Origin: Promethearchaeati archaeon SRVP18_Atabeyarchaeia-1
Lineage (GTDB): Archaea; Asgardarchaeota; Atabeyarchaeia; Atabeyarchaeales; Atabeyarchaeaceae
Assembly (NCBI GenBank): GCA_037308085.1
Contig: CP147779.1
Coordinates: 1,824,001-1,888,000, forward strand
Direction: 5' to 3'
Length of the DNA: 64,000 nt
In this document: piece after piece, positions 39,227-49,520 of the stretch
Position numbering within the stretch: position 1 is the stretch's first letter
How the letters are laid out: the number at the start of each line of letters is the position of its first letter
The notes under the pieces: generated by a model
Database searches by the model: none
The model's input: only the letters and a program-made list of their open reading frames with translations
What the model was told of the DNA's origin: nothing
Made by a program: the position numbers and the translations under genes

Positions 39227-39913
39227 CTAAGCATTCTTTCTCCTCGATCTGATAACCACGACTGGGATCACCACGGCGAGAAGACCGACCGCGAATGCGG
39301 CGCCCACCAATACAACCGTCCCTAGTGCCCCATAGTCAACAGACCATAGACTCGTGGACGTCATCATCAATGTCTCAGAATAGCTACCCGAAATCGAAGA
39401 CATTTCCGCAGACATTTCAACCAGAATGCCTGTCAGCTGATCCCAGTAAATGTCCTCTGAAACCGTATTGCCCTGAAAAGAGGCCCCCATACTAAGGAGG
39501 TTGCAGTTTCTCTCCGTTCCAGCGACAGCCACTGGTATAGTCTGATTGATCACGATGGGCGATCCTGGTGAAATGGGATCCCCCTGCGTCAGATTTGCCG
39601 GTATGAGAAAGAACATCAGCGTCAAGAAGCCGCTGTAGGAAGCCAAGTCTCCACTCAACTTCAGACTATATGCGACATGTCCCTGAGCGTCGTAGAAGGT
39701 TTCGGTAAGGTTGACGGTAGTCCCGCTTACTGTTGTGACGTCGACGCGCACCTTGACGCTTCCAGAAACCAACGAGACTGACTCTGAATATTCTGCCCAG
39801 TCCCCCGGCTTAACTCCGACGCCGTACACCGCGCCTTGCGCAGGAGTCGAAACGGCAGCGCCGACCAGAAGCGCCGAAAGGAGCACCAAACCATAGATCC
39901 TGCTCTTATTCAA
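39227..39913 (-). CDS. Secreted beta-rich surface protein with C-terminal TM anchor
   Basis: Signal peptide, GVKPGDWAEY, YWDQLTGILV, then TM and RSRRK. Confidence 0.8.
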   Translation of the reverse strand: MNKSRIYGLVLLSALLVGAAVSTPAQGAVYGVGVKPGDWAEYSESVSLVSGSVKVRVDVTTVSGTTVNLTETFYDAQGHVAYSLKLSGDLASYSGFLTLMFFLIPANLTQGDPISPGSPIVINQTIPVAVAGTERNCNLLSMGASFQGNTVSEDIYWDQLTGILVEMSAEMSSISGSYSETLMMTSTSLWSVDYGALGTVVLVGAAFAVGLLAVVIPVVVIRSRRKNA

Positions 39914-40318
39914 AAGGCTCTCCTCCTCCCTGGTTCTTAACTTTCCCTGTCACTCTCACGCGACGGGTTGGGTATTTAAGCCTATACGTATGGGTCGTCC
40001 GCTTGCTGGGACGATTCGGCGTGGAGAGAGGCTAGATTGGCGATCTGGAACGGGTTCTCTGAGTAGAGTTGGCTTGTCTCGTAGACTTGCACGCAGCAAC
40101 TGGTTCCAGGGATCCTATCACTCGAGAGGAGTTCGAGGGTGGCTGCTCAGATTCTAGGGTTGATCGCCGACATTGTCAACCTTGCATGCAATTGAGTTGC
40201 CGCAGGCTTGCAGCATGGCGTACTTGGTTTCAAGAAGAGGGAAGAATATAAATAGCATGAGATCTTGAGTTTTCCAGCTGATGAAAGCCGACCGACTTAT
40301 TGGAGGGTTTACTAGAGA

Positions 40319-40861
40319 ATGGTTAAGGATATGACTGAGGCAAACCTTCGCAGCGCTTATGGTGGCGAGAGCCAGGCGCACATGAGGTATAGCATATATG
40401 CTGACCGGGCGAAAGACAAGTTCCCCAACGTGTCTCGATTGTTCACTGCCGCAGCAGCTGCAGAGACGATACATGCGACCAATCACTATAAGAACATCAG
40501 GAGCAAAGGTTCGACCAGCGTTGTTTCAGGCGCCATCTTTGGAACAACGAACACCACAGAGGACCTCCAGGCGGGCATCGACGGGGAGTCCTTCGAAATT
40601 AATGAGATGTACCCAGTTTACATCACCGTAGCCAAATTCCAGGCAGAGAAGGGCGCCGAGACCAGCTTCAGTTGGGCTCTGGCTGCAGAAAAGAACCATC
40701 TTGCTCTCTACCAGAAAGCCAAGCAAGCAGTAGACAAGGGCAAGGATCCGACTCTGGGACCGGTTCAAGTATGCGGTAACTGCGGATACACTATAGAGGG
40801 AAACGCTCCAGCCAAGTGTCCTATCTGCGGCGCTTCGATGGAAAGATTCAAGGCTTACTAG
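40319..40861 (+). CDS. rbr: Rubrerythrin
   Basis: GESQA, ETIHA, GESFE, EKNH and the rubredoxin domain CGNCG...CPICG. Confidence 0.93.
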   Translation: MVKDMTEANLRSAYGGESQAHMRYSIYADRAKDKFPNVSRLFTAAAAAETIHATNHYKNIRSKGSTSVVSGAIFGTTNTTEDLQAGIDGESFEINEMYPVYITVAKFQAEKGAETSFSWALAAEKNHLALYQKAKQAVDKGKDPTLGPVQVCGNCGYTIEGNAPAKCPICGASMERFKAY

Positions 40862-41086
40862 TTGAAGGAGACACGGGAAGAAGGTCTATCTGTCAGGGAG
40901 TTCGTCCGGGGAACTCTCAACTCCCCTTATTCTTTTCAGGAGTTTTGCAGAACTGAGGCGAGCTTCGCCACGGGAAACGGTCTCGACGTCAACAATTGAT
41001 GAATTCTGGCATGAAGAATGCCCATGGTGCGCCAAGCTAGCGCCAATTATCGGCGAGGCCCTCGGCAAAGTCGGCGAATTCATGGC

Positions 41087-41662
41087 CTACCTCATGGCTG
41101 ATTGTACCAGACTCTTTGGCAGCTGATCCTCGAGCACCTTGTAGTCTAGCTTCTGGCTACATGATGGGCATAAGCCCCTCGTATGGATCCACACGAGGAA
41201 ATCGTCTCTGTGAGCGACAGTTCCGCAGTGAGGGCAGAAGACTATGGGATCGGTCTTTGTGATGCTCTCGTGGCAGACTGCGCATAGTAGTTCCTGGCTT
41301 ACCATTGACAGCCTCTTCGCCAGATCTAGGTCAGACTCCTCTTGAGAGGACGATGTCATCGCCCTTTGTGTTGCTTCGAGATTGGAGCCACAGTTGTGAC
41401 AGAAGCTTTGATCCTGCGATTTAAGGGTCGCGCCACAGTATGGGCAGAACCTCGTGCTGAAGCGGGTCACAGGCTGGGTCCTCCTCAAAGCGGGCGAGTT
41501 CGTCGCCACTCCTTCTCTCGATCGTGGTCTGCCATTCGTTGACACCGCTATCGAGACAACTAAGAGCGTAAAGAAGAGAATCGCTATCAAAGGACCAAGA
41601 ATGAGTACAGGAGCAAAGACAGCGAAATACATTCTTATGTCAGCCCTCCCTAAACCGAACAA
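41087..41662 (-). CDS. TM + zinc ribbon + RING-like finger protein
   Basis: N-terminal TM, FCPYCG...FCHNCG, then CAVC-x12-CPHC-x4-H-x2-D-x3-W-x6-CPSC. Confidence 0.82.
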   Translation of the reverse strand: MFGLGRADIRMYFAVFAPVLILGPLIAILFFTLLVVSIAVSTNGRPRSREGVATNSPALRRTQPVTRFSTRFCPYCGATLKSQDQSFCHNCGSNLEATQRAMTSSSQEESDLDLAKRLSMVSQELLCAVCHESITKTDPIVFCPHCGTVAHRDDFLVWIHTRGLCPSCSQKLDYKVLEDQLPKSLVQSAMR

Positions 41663-41838
41663 TCATATGACTAATCGATGTACTATTGATGCAAAGTCCA
41701 CTAATAAGATAATCGCTTGTGCAAACTGAAGGTACAGTTCTGCCCAGATTTCACGCCTATGGAACTTTCCCTGCCGGGTTGGGGTTGAGGCCCCAGACAA
41801 AAAACAGGAGGCAAGGGGCGGTGCAGGATCAGGTCTTC

Positions 41839-41958
41839 CTACTTCTTCTTGGGCTGCTTCTGCTTCTTACCTCTTCCCTGCATGTGCCTCATCTTGTTAT
41901 CAACTTTCTCGCCTTTCTGCTGCTTCACGACTTCTTGTTTCTCTTCCTCTTCTCCCAT
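41839..41958 (-). CDS. 39-aa highly charged small protein (not in the ORF track)
   Basis: MGEEEEKQEVVKQQKGEKVDNKMRHMQGRGKKQKQPKKK*. GGAGG lies 9 nt upstream of the ATG. Confidence 0.6.
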   Translation of the reverse strand: MGEEEEKQEVVKQQKGEKVDNKMRHMQGRGKKQKQPKKK

Positions 41959-42262
41959 TTCATTTCGCCTCCCTTGGCGGTTGTTCTGACCGTCGCTGGT
42001 AACAAGGTACTCTGTGTGACCTATAATAATGATCTCGGTTAGTCACAATACGCTCCTTAGCAAGCAATCGCATCGGGGTGAAACCCTCATGAAGCAGGAT
42101 ACGAGGGCTAGGCTAGGGGCGGTGTGACCGACCTCGGCAAGGTTCGTGGTACTGGGGGGTGTAGAATTGAGATAATCACAATTCAGTCTCTACCACTCTC
42201 GAGAGTTCGCATGAATTCTTATATAGGATGGCTATAATTCTGAGAGTAGGCGGTGTCGTAGT

Positions 42263-42982
42263 ATGGAAGCTGCAAATCCTACCGAATCGGCTCTGACAAT
42301 AAGTGAGGTCATCGGGCAAGTTCATTGTGGAAGGTGTCTGGTCCCAGTTCCACAGGAAGGAGAACTGATTTGGCCTCCGGAACAGATAGAGAAGCTTTTC
42401 GGTCTGTTGATGCAGGAACGCAGCATCGGGCAATTCATTTTCTGGAGTGTCGGTAGAGACAGAGTTGGGGACTACCATTTCTGCGACTTTTCCGGGGACG
42501 GCAATGAATGCCCGTGCGCGGTAGATCCAACATCAAGCATAGGAAGGCGAGACAACGTTGCAGTAGTAATTGACGGGAAGCGCCGTCTAGCCTCTCTCTA
42601 CGTTGGATTGGTGGGGCTGAACAAGGGATCAGTTCCCAGTCGAAGCCAGGAAACCGAAGATTTCTACCAGAGTAGAAAACTCTATCTGAATCTTCTTTCC
42701 GGAACGGGTTCGTCGCAAGAATGCTATGATTTTAGGTTCCTAACCGAATCCGAGGCATCTGCAAAAGATGAGAAAACCCTGTGGTTCAAGGTTGGGGGAG
42801 TATCATCCTTCACAAAGCCTGATGAGATAGGCAAGTGCCTAATTGAGAAGGGGCTGGGGAAGAACAAGTCTGCGGAAGAATGCCTTGTCAAACTTCAGCG
42901 CGTAATCGGTGAGAAGAGGTTACTACGCTGCGTCGTCGAGACAGACGAGGAAATAGGGAGAGTCTTCCTAATGTTCCTGTAG
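42263..42982 (+). CDS. Divergent stand-alone DUF262 (GmrS/ParB-like) domain protein
   Basis: PVPQEGELIW...QIEKLF...IGQFIFW, VIDGKRRLASL (canonical DGQQR) and KLYLNLL. Ends where the F.R.N motif is expected. Confidence 0.7.
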   Translation: MEAANPTESALTISEVIGQVHCGRCLVPVPQEGELIWPPEQIEKLFGLLMQERSIGQFIFWSVGRDRVGDYHFCDFSGDGNECPCAVDPTSSIGRRDNVAVVIDGKRRLASLYVGLVGLNKGSVPSRSQETEDFYQSRKLYLNLLSGTGSSQECYDFRFLTESEASAKDEKTLWFKVGGVSSFTKPDEIGKCLIEKGLGKNKSAEECLVKLQRVIGEKRLLRCVVETDEEIGRVFLMFL

Positions 42983-43009
42983 AGGCACTTACGCGAATCA
43001 GGGGTCTGC

Positions 43010-43654
43010 CTAGTCAAAGGTGAACGCTGAGGGGCAAAGCTTGTTCAGGTTGCAGCCTACGCAATTCGGTTTCTTTGCTGTGCATATGCTCCTGCCATGG
43101 GATATCAGGAGGTCGGTGATCCTCATCCACTTCTCACTAGGCACAAGATCCATCAGGTCCTTCTCTATCTTGTTGGGATCCTTTTTCTCCGTGAATCCGA
43201 GTCTCCGAGCGAGCCTGTAGACGTGGGTGTCCACCGCGATTCCGACGATGACGCCGTAGGCATTAGACAAGACAATGTTTGCCGTCTTTCGAGCTACTCC
43301 TGGGAGTTCAAGGATTTCCTCCATTGTTCTCGGCACTTCGCCGTCGAATTTTTCGATTAGCATTCGGCAACAGTTCTTTATGTTCTTCGCCTTGTTATGG
43401 TAGAAGCCTGTCGGCTTAATCTGCTTCTCCAGCTTTCTGAGATCTGCGTTCGCGTAGTCTTCTGGCGTCTGATACTTCTGGAAGAGCGTCGCGGTGACTT
43501 CATTCACCTTTTTGTCGGTGCACTGCGCTGAGAGTATGGTAGCCACCAGGATTTCCAGTGGATTCTTGAAGGTCAGCGCTGTCTTCGTGTCAGCATAATC
43601 TCTTTCAAGAAGGGAAATCACCTTCAACATTCTCGAATTCTGATCAAGATTCAT
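43010..43654 (-). CDS. nth: Endonuclease III
   Basis: LSAQCTD, LPGVARKTAN (HhH), VDTHV and C-x6-C-x2-C-x5-C. Confidence 0.96.
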   Translation of the reverse strand: MNLDQNSRMLKVISLLERDYADTKTALTFKNPLEILVATILSAQCTDKKVNEVTATLFQKYQTPEDYANADLRKLEKQIKPTGFYHNKAKNIKNCCRMLIEKFDGEVPRTMEEILELPGVARKTANIVLSNAYGVIVGIAVDTHVYRLARRLGFTEKKDPNKIEKDLMDLVPSEKWMRITDLLISHGRSICTAKKPNCVGCNLNKLCPSAFTFD

Positions 43655-43770
43655 GGTTCCTCGTCACCCACCGCCTTGGTTTCGATCGGCTGGACCACAT
43701 TACTCCACTTCTTATGGACCTGCATAAAGTTTTTACGCTTCTGCCTTCACTAATTCTGCTGGTGATCAAG

Positions 43771-43920
43771 ATGGATGTGAAGCTTCTAGTTAATGGAGAG
43801 GAGATAGAGCTGAACGAGTTCGTCAGAAAGGTACTTGCAGGTATGATTAGTGGCGCCGTGAATTCCCTGCGTGGGATAAAGAAGGACTGGAAAGAGATCC
43901 AGATTGCTGTAACAAGATAA
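43771..43920 (+). CDS. Small protein resembling the MobB C-terminal domain
   Basis: MDVKLLVNGEEIELNEFVRKVLAGMISGAVNSLRG, with GGTGA upstream. Confidence 0.65.
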   Translation: MDVKLLVNGEEIELNEFVRKVLAGMISGAVNSLRGIKKDWKEIQIAVTR

Positions 43921-44082
43921 GTAGTACCCTGATGCCTCTAGAAGCAGGGAGACGACACGATCGCACCTGTCTGCGGGGCATATGCTGCTAAGGGTCCAGG
44001 TTTTTTCTAGTCTTCGCTGTGGCCTGCGGTGCATTTGGTGTGAAGCACTTCATGAACGTTAGGACAAGGAGACCTCTGTTTT

Positions 44083-45419
44083 GAAGCGGGGGAGGAATTG
44101 CCCTCCCACAGATGGTGGTTTTTAAGGCGGCATCACCAGTACTCTTTTTGGTGCGCAAGGGATGAGGAGAGAGGTCGTCAAGTCACTTGAACTGAACCTT
44201 CTCCCACTAACCTCAGCGAAGCAGGGCGAGCTCTCCCACCTCTTCTCCGAGTACACAGGCGCCGCCAACGAAGCCCTCACCACACTCAAGACCCAGAGGC
44301 CACCCTCAGAGACGCGGCTCCACCACCTAACCTACAAGAGGATCCGCGAGAGATCCAAGCTTCCTGCTCAACTCGTCTGCGCAGCGCGGCTCGACGCCTG
44401 GGCGAAGCGCAGGCAAACCATCACCAGCTTCAGGCACCTACCCATATCCTACAACGTGCCTAGGAGCGGCTCCCTTAAACAAACGAGGCGAGGCAACCCC
44501 ATCCTCAGCCCAGCCTCGCTAAACAGGCGCATCGGCCTCCGCGTAGCCAGGGATGGCGCGTGGCGAAGACTCACCCAGATGCTCTCAGACGAATGGGCCT
44601 TCACCGAGTTCAAGCTGCTCAACACGCACGCAGCAAGGGTCACCCTCAAGCGGCGCTTCCAAGTCGCCGAGCCTGGGCCGGGCCAGGCAGTGCTGGGCGT
44701 CGATGTGGGAGTCGGCACACTCGCTGCCATAACCATCTTCGACGCCCACGGAGTGGGGCAGCAGCTCTACTTTGGGCGAGACGTGTGGCAGGTGAAGCGC
44801 GACCTAGGTATACGCCGCTCGAAGCTCCAAGCTCACGCCTCTGCGTGCTCCAGGAGGGCGCGGCGCGCCCTCCGCAACCTCAGGGGCTACGAGCGCAGCT
44901 TCGACAAGACGAGGTGCTACCAGGAGGCGCACAGGATCGTCACCCTCGCCAAGCACTACAATGCAACGATCGCCGTGGAGGACCTCGACGGGCTGCATAG
45001 GACGAGGCTGAGCCGACGGTCCAACCGCAAGGCGAAGCGCATGCCCTATTCGGGGCTCAGGCAGGCGATCCAGGCGGTGGCCTGGCAGGAGGGCATCGAG
45101 GTGAGCCTCGTCAACCCGCGGTACACATCCCAGACATGCTCCAAGTGCGGCGCCAAAGGCGTGAGAAGAGGAGCCACGTTTAGTTGAGGTTGCGGGTTCA
45201 CCGCTAACGCGGATAGGAACGCGTCGGTGAACATCGCCAAACTGCTCTGGGAGCGGACTCGGCGGCGCGCCTCGGGGCGCGAAGCCGTGCCCAGTTTTCC
45301 CGGAGTGGGGCTGAGGTCAACCAGCCCGCCCCGTGCCATGAATCTTGGCAAGATGAGGCTCGCAGCCAATGCTTGCCACCACGAGCACAAGCCGCCTATC
45401 TCAATAGGTGGTAGTTGAC
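44083..45419 (+). mobile_element. IS200/IS605-family element carrying tnpB only (IS1341-like)
   Basis: Left hairpin GGGAGG-AATTGC-CCTCCC (~44089-44107). Right end CAAG-CCGCCTAT-CTCA-ATAGGTGG-TAGT-TGAC. GC-richer than flanks, no tnpA. Left boundary approximate. Confidence 0.8.
44162..45418 (+). pseudogene. tnpB: RNA-guided endonuclease TnpB interrupted by an in-frame TGA at 45185-45187
   Basis: RuvC-I LGVDVG, RuvC-II IAVEDL and YTSQTCSKCG. After the TGA the same frame continues GCGFTANADRNASVNIA (RuvC-III). Confidence 0.88.
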
Positions 45420-45556
45420 TACTCGGCGTATGTGTCCGCAGGCTGGAATTCAGAAACTAGGAAGCTAGCACTAGTCTTTAATATTGGTTGTATAGCTCTA
45501 AAGACCGAACGACAGAATCAAAATGGATAAGATAAGTGAAAAAAGGTGTAAATGGA

Positions 45557-47638
45557 ATGTTCAATAGGACAAAGACGACAAGGGCGCTAGCGATGATTCT
45601 ACTCACAATGACCATAGTGACACCGATACTCATAGGGGTGACCGCAAGCTACTCAATCCATCAGGGAGTAATGACGCCATCAGGCTATCAACCCAGAGCC
45701 AGTCATGCGTCGCCAGTGTTGCTCACGTCGAAGTGGAACTACACGGCAGGTTCTCCTGTTGAGTGTTCCCCAGCCATAGCTGATGTCGATGGGGACGGAA
45801 AAATCGAGGTAATAGTGGGTTCCGATTATGGACTCGTTGCCGTGAACAGTTCGGGGAAGCGGGTGTACACATGCTATTCTGGAGCGGCAGATCCCTACTA
45901 TCCTGAATCACCCGGTATCGCAGACCTGTACGGAAATGGAAGACTCGAAGTGCTAAACGTAATCAGTGGCTATCTCTACTGTTACAACGGGACGGATGGA
46001 ACCGAATTGTGGTATGCCGGTTATGGGTACTTGCAAGGTTCTCCTGCGATAGGCGACCTCGATAGCGACGGGAGACTCGAGGTTGTAGTGGGCGATTACA
46101 ATGGATATGTCTACAGCTTCAACGGAACGAACGGCAACCAACTCTGGCAGTACCCAGCGGAGGGCAAGCTACTTTCCTCTCCCACGCTCGCAGACATTAC
46201 AGGAGACGGGAAGCTCGAGGTGCTCGTCCACAGTATGAATTCAGGTGGGTACGACAGTCTTCACTGCCTAAATGCGACCGCGAACGCGGACGGCTACGTC
46301 CACTCATTGTGGGACTTCAGCATGGGCCAGAAGTGGGATACTAGCGAATCCTCGCCGGCCGTTGCAGACATCGACAACGACGGACATATGGAGACAGTCG
46401 TAGGATCGATTGACAACGCAACGTACTGTATCAGCAGCACGGGCACTTTGAAGTGGAGCTACAAGACTGGAGACAATATTCACTCTTCTCCAACTATGGC
46501 AGACATTGATGGAGACGGCAAGCTGGAAATCCTAATCGGTTCAAACGACCATAGGCTCTATTGCCTGGACTCGACGGGCAAGCTCAAGTGGAGCTACACA
46601 ACTGGAGACCTCATTTACTCCTCTGCTGCTGTTGCGGACATCGATGGTGACAGAATGCTTGAAGTACTAGTGGGATCGCACGACCACTACCTCTACTGCC
46701 TCAATAGAACTGGAGGATTAGAGTGGCGCTTTGGAACAAGCGACTTCATCCTCTCTTCTCCTACCGTTGCCGACATCGATGGTGACTACAAGCTGGAGGT
46801 AGTGTTTGGGTCGTCGGACGGAAATGCCTACTGCCTGAGCGTTGCGTCTGCCCCAATTGTTCCAAGCGCTTACCCGTGGCCTTCAGTCGGCTACCGAGAA
46901 GACATACGGCATACGGGGTGCATTACTGACTCGGACAAGGATGGCTTGACGGATGGCTATGAGATCACAGTGGGCACTTATCCCCAGAATCCGGACACCG
47001 ATGGTGACGGATTCACAGACTACCAAGAGTTCTTGATATCAACAAACCCGTTCGCGAAGGAGTGGCAGAGCTATCCACCGGTTCCACTCATCCCTGGACC
47101 TGGGAATAATGCCACTATGCCCGGATCAGCCTTTGCGGAATACCACTTCACGATGAGCACAACAAATGCAACGGGGGTAGTAGTAACAAGTGGAAACCAA
47201 TTGCCACCCGGAGTAGTTGCGCCTCCAAGCGGAACGGCGGCGTTCCTGTACCTTCAAATCAGCGGCACCCAGGTGAATGGTACCACGGGTGCAGCCATCT
47301 ACCTCTACTACGATAGATCACTGGTTCGCTCCCTCGGCGTGGATGAGCTCGCGATGCAAATCCATAGATGGAACGCGACAACATTGCAGTGGGACGCTGT
47401 GCCAAGCAAGGTAACCATCATCAACAGCACACATGGATTAATTAGCGCCCGTCTGAACCACTTCAGCTACTTCGCAGTGTTCGGAACATCAACTGGTCCC
47501 TCAGGCAGCCCAATGGCACTACTCATAATCGCAGGCACAGCAGGCGCAGCAATCGTAGTAGTCCTAGCAATAGTGGTCGTCAAAAAGAGAAGCGTGGTAG
47601 TCCCGCGAAAGAGAAGTAAGACAAGAAAAACCAAATGA
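45557..47638 (+). CDS. Surface protein with FG-GAP/PQQ-like beta-propeller repeats, TSP3-like Ca-binding repeats and a C-terminal TM anchor
   Basis: About 7 repeats of SSP.(V/I)ADIDGDG.LE(V/I)..GS, DSDKDGLTDGYE / DTDGDGFTDYQE, NHFSYFAV, then TM and basic tail. Confidence 0.85.
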   Translation: MFNRTKTTRALAMILLTMTIVTPILIGVTASYSIHQGVMTPSGYQPRASHASPVLLTSKWNYTAGSPVECSPAIADVDGDGKIEVIVGSDYGLVAVNSSGKRVYTCYSGAADPYYPESPGIADLYGNGRLEVLNVISGYLYCYNGTDGTELWYAGYGYLQGSPAIGDLDSDGRLEVVVGDYNGYVYSFNGTNGNQLWQYPAEGKLLSSPTLADITGDGKLEVLVHSMNSGGYDSLHCLNATANADGYVHSLWDFSMGQKWDTSESSPAVADIDNDGHMETVVGSIDNATYCISSTGTLKWSYKTGDNIHSSPTMADIDGDGKLEILIGSNDHRLYCLDSTGKLKWSYTTGDLIYSSAAVADIDGDRMLEVLVGSHDHYLYCLNRTGGLEWRFGTSDFILSSPTVADIDGDYKLEVVFGSSDGNAYCLSVASAPIVPSAYPWPSVGYREDIRHTGCITDSDKDGLTDGYEITVGTYPQNPDTDGDGFTDYQEFLISTNPFAKEWQSYPPVPLIPGPGNNATMPGSAFAEYHFTMSTTNATGVVVTSGNQLPPGVVAPPSGTAAFLYLQISGTQVNGTTGAAIYLYYDRSLVRSLGVDELAMQIHRWNATTLQWDAVPSKVTIINSTHGLISARLNHFSYFAVFGTSTGPSGSPMALLIIAGTAGAAIVVVLAIVVVKKRSVVVPRKRSKTRKTK

Positions 47639-47660
47639 TCTTCACAAAAGAAGTGCGCAT

Positions 47661-47683
47661 AGGTGAAACCGTGGGTTTCACTT
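47661..47683. terminator. Hairpin between convergent genes
   Basis: GTGAAACC-GTG-GGTTTCAC. Confidence 0.35.
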
Positions 47684-47749
47684 GCCACTTTCCTATTTTT
47701 CCAGGTGCCAAGGCGATAGTCGGACTGAGCCGCCGTCGTGAACGACTGG

Positions 47750-48289
47750 TCACTGCGTAGGCAGCTCTTCGAACATCTCTTTCTTGGCTTTGCATATTGG
47801 GCAAACGTAGGGTGGTTCTTCCCGGTAGCATACATACCCGCACTGCTTGCAGTACCAGAGTCTCATTCCCGTCTTTGGCGCCTCCTTAGCGGTGGCTGCC
47901 GTCGCCTTCTTATCAGGTTTCTTCTTTGCAGCCGTTTCCGGCGTTACTCCGAAGGCTCTAGCCTGCTTCTCCTGTGGCCTTCGCTCTGGAACGGGTTGGA
48001 GGCTCTTTTTCTTCTCAAATATCTCCTTGCCCACGTAAAGCCCGCAGTAGCAAGCGCCGTATTCCTGTACATCTGGGTCGCGGTAGAAACACGGGCATAC
48101 AATATCCCTGTCAATCTCAAGGACTCCGGAGGCAAGCCTGCACGGGCATGATGGGTATCCGTAGCGCTCCTCGTTCTTCTTGAGCCCCTCAAAGAGGTCA
48201 TTTGTGAACTTCGCGTCGGGGTTGAGGTAGCAGCCATTTGTCTTCGCGTCGCTCTCGGCTCTTTGCCTGACCTTTTCAAGGGTGATCAT
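47750..48289 (-). CDS. Ferredoxin:thioredoxin/glutaredoxin reductase catalytic subunit fused to a rubredoxin-like domain
   Basis: SCPCR, VCPC and CYC FTR motifs. C-terminal CKQCGY...CPIC. Confidence 0.92.
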   Translation of the reverse strand: MITLEKVRQRAESDAKTNGCYLNPDAKFTNDLFEGLKKNEERYGYPSCPCRLASGVLEIDRDIVCPCFYRDPDVQEYGACYCGLYVGKEIFEKKKSLQPVPERRPQEKQARAFGVTPETAAKKKPDKKATAATAKEAPKTGMRLWYCKQCGYVCYREEPPYVCPICKAKKEMFEELPTQ

Positions 48290-48570
48290 ATATCTAATGC
48301 CTCCTTTATCTTGTCTTCGCGGTACCCTGTGATTATCTTCTTGTCGTCAACGATCACGGTTGGAAATCCTATGTTTCCTCCACGTTTTCTGATATCGTTC
48401 CTAATCTCCTCCTGGTCTTTGGGATCGCATAGATCGATATCAGCGTATTCGAATTCGATGTTTCTGTCCTTCAGAAGTTGCTTGGTCTTCTTGCACCAGA
48501 CACACGTGCTGAGCGCATAAACGGTGACTTTATGCTTGTTGTTTTTACCTGGAACTTTCGTTGTCTTCAT
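48286..48570 (-). CDS. Glutaredoxin (NrdH-like)
   Basis: ALSTCVWC and GFPT. Overlaps the FTR gene start by 4 nt. Confidence 0.92.
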   Translation of the reverse strand: MKTTKVPGKNNKHKVTVYALSTCVWCKKTKQLLKDRNIEFEYADIDLCDPKDQEEIRNDIRKRGGNIGFPTVIVDDKKIITGYREDKIKEALDI

Positions 48571-48734
48571 TCATCTCTCCTCGGAGGACGCTAGTATTGG
48601 AAGGGGATATAAAAGGGTTTGCGGATGGGGAGGAGAGTGCGGGGATTCTTTGCTCATGCCAGTAGTCTAGATTTCGGCTGGCGGGGGAAGAGCAAGGTCG
48701 GGGAGCGCTTCAGCTACGCTCCCGAAAACTCCAT

Positions 48735-49520
48735 TCACTCTCCTGTGAAGTTTGGCGCTCGTTTTTCGAGAAAGGCGCGTATGCCTTCCTCATAGTCGTG
48801 ACTATCGTACACTCTCCTTCTCAAGCCCTGGATGCGCTCAAAACCCTCGGGGGCGATCGGATGGGCACTGGACAGAATCTTGAATTGCTCCTTGATAACC
48901 GAAATTGCCAAGGGAGAGTGCGATGCAATTCTCTTCGCCAAGCCCATGGTAAACTCCATCAGCTTCGCAGATGGCACAAGGTGATTCAATACGCCGATGC
49001 GCTCAGCCTCCTCGGCCGTCACTGGATTCGCGGTGAAGAACATTTCCTTTGCCTCGTTTAATCCAAGCCTATTCATGAAGTGCAGAATGCCACTAACGTT
49101 GTATGGAAGACCGATTCTCGCGGGTGTGATTGCGAAGGAAGACGTTTCATCACCCACAACCATGTCACAGGTCATCACGAGGTCGCAAGCGCCTCCCCAA
49201 ACACCGCCATGAACCATAGCGATAACTGGGCCAGGGTACTCCTGAACTGCCCGCAAGACCTTCTCAATTGGATCAAAATAGCCCAAAGGGTCCCGCCGTG
49301 ATCTGGGCAATTCCGTTACGTCGATTCCAGAAGACCAGACGTTACTTCCGGCTGTTGCCTTCAAGATGGCTACTCGCATTCCCCGTCTCTGGAAATCCTG
49401 GAACGCGTCAACCAATTCCCTCATCAGTTCTGCACTGAGAGCATTCCTTTTCTCGGGATAATTCATCGTTATCAGGCCGATCTTATCTTTGATTTCTTCT
49501 TCAACTAGTGGCATGTTCAC
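48735..49520 (-). CDS. scpB: Methylmalonyl-CoA decarboxylase (crotonase fold)
   Basis: RDPLGYFDP, VWGGA, GLPYN and FERIQGLRRRVYDSHDYEEG follow E. coli ScpB closely (recalled, not searched). Confidence 0.85.
   Translation of the reverse strand: MNMPLVEEEIKDKIGLITMNYPEKRNALSAELMRELVDAFQDFQRRGMRVAILKATAGSNVWSSGIDVTELPRSRRDPLGYFDPIEKVLRAVQEYPGPVIAMVHGGVWGGACDLVMTCDMVVGDETSSFAITPARIGLPYNVSGILHFMNRLGLNEAKEMFFTANPVTAEEAERIGVLNHLVPSAKLMEFTMGLAKRIASHSPLAISVIKEQFKILSSAHPIAPEGFERIQGLRRRVYDSHDYEEGIRAFLEKRAPNFTGE

Noticed and set aside
42060-42180. GC-rich stretch with GGGCTAGGC resembling an SRP RNA 5' end (and GGAAGGG...AGCAA at ~11840)
   Set aside because: There is no contiguous helix 6/8 signature and not enough room for a ~300-nt RNA.
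45760-46850. Repeated DNA units in the surface-protein gene as a possible CRISPR or tandem array
   Set aside because: They are in-frame, degenerate FG-GAP protein repeats, not identical repeats with unique spacers.
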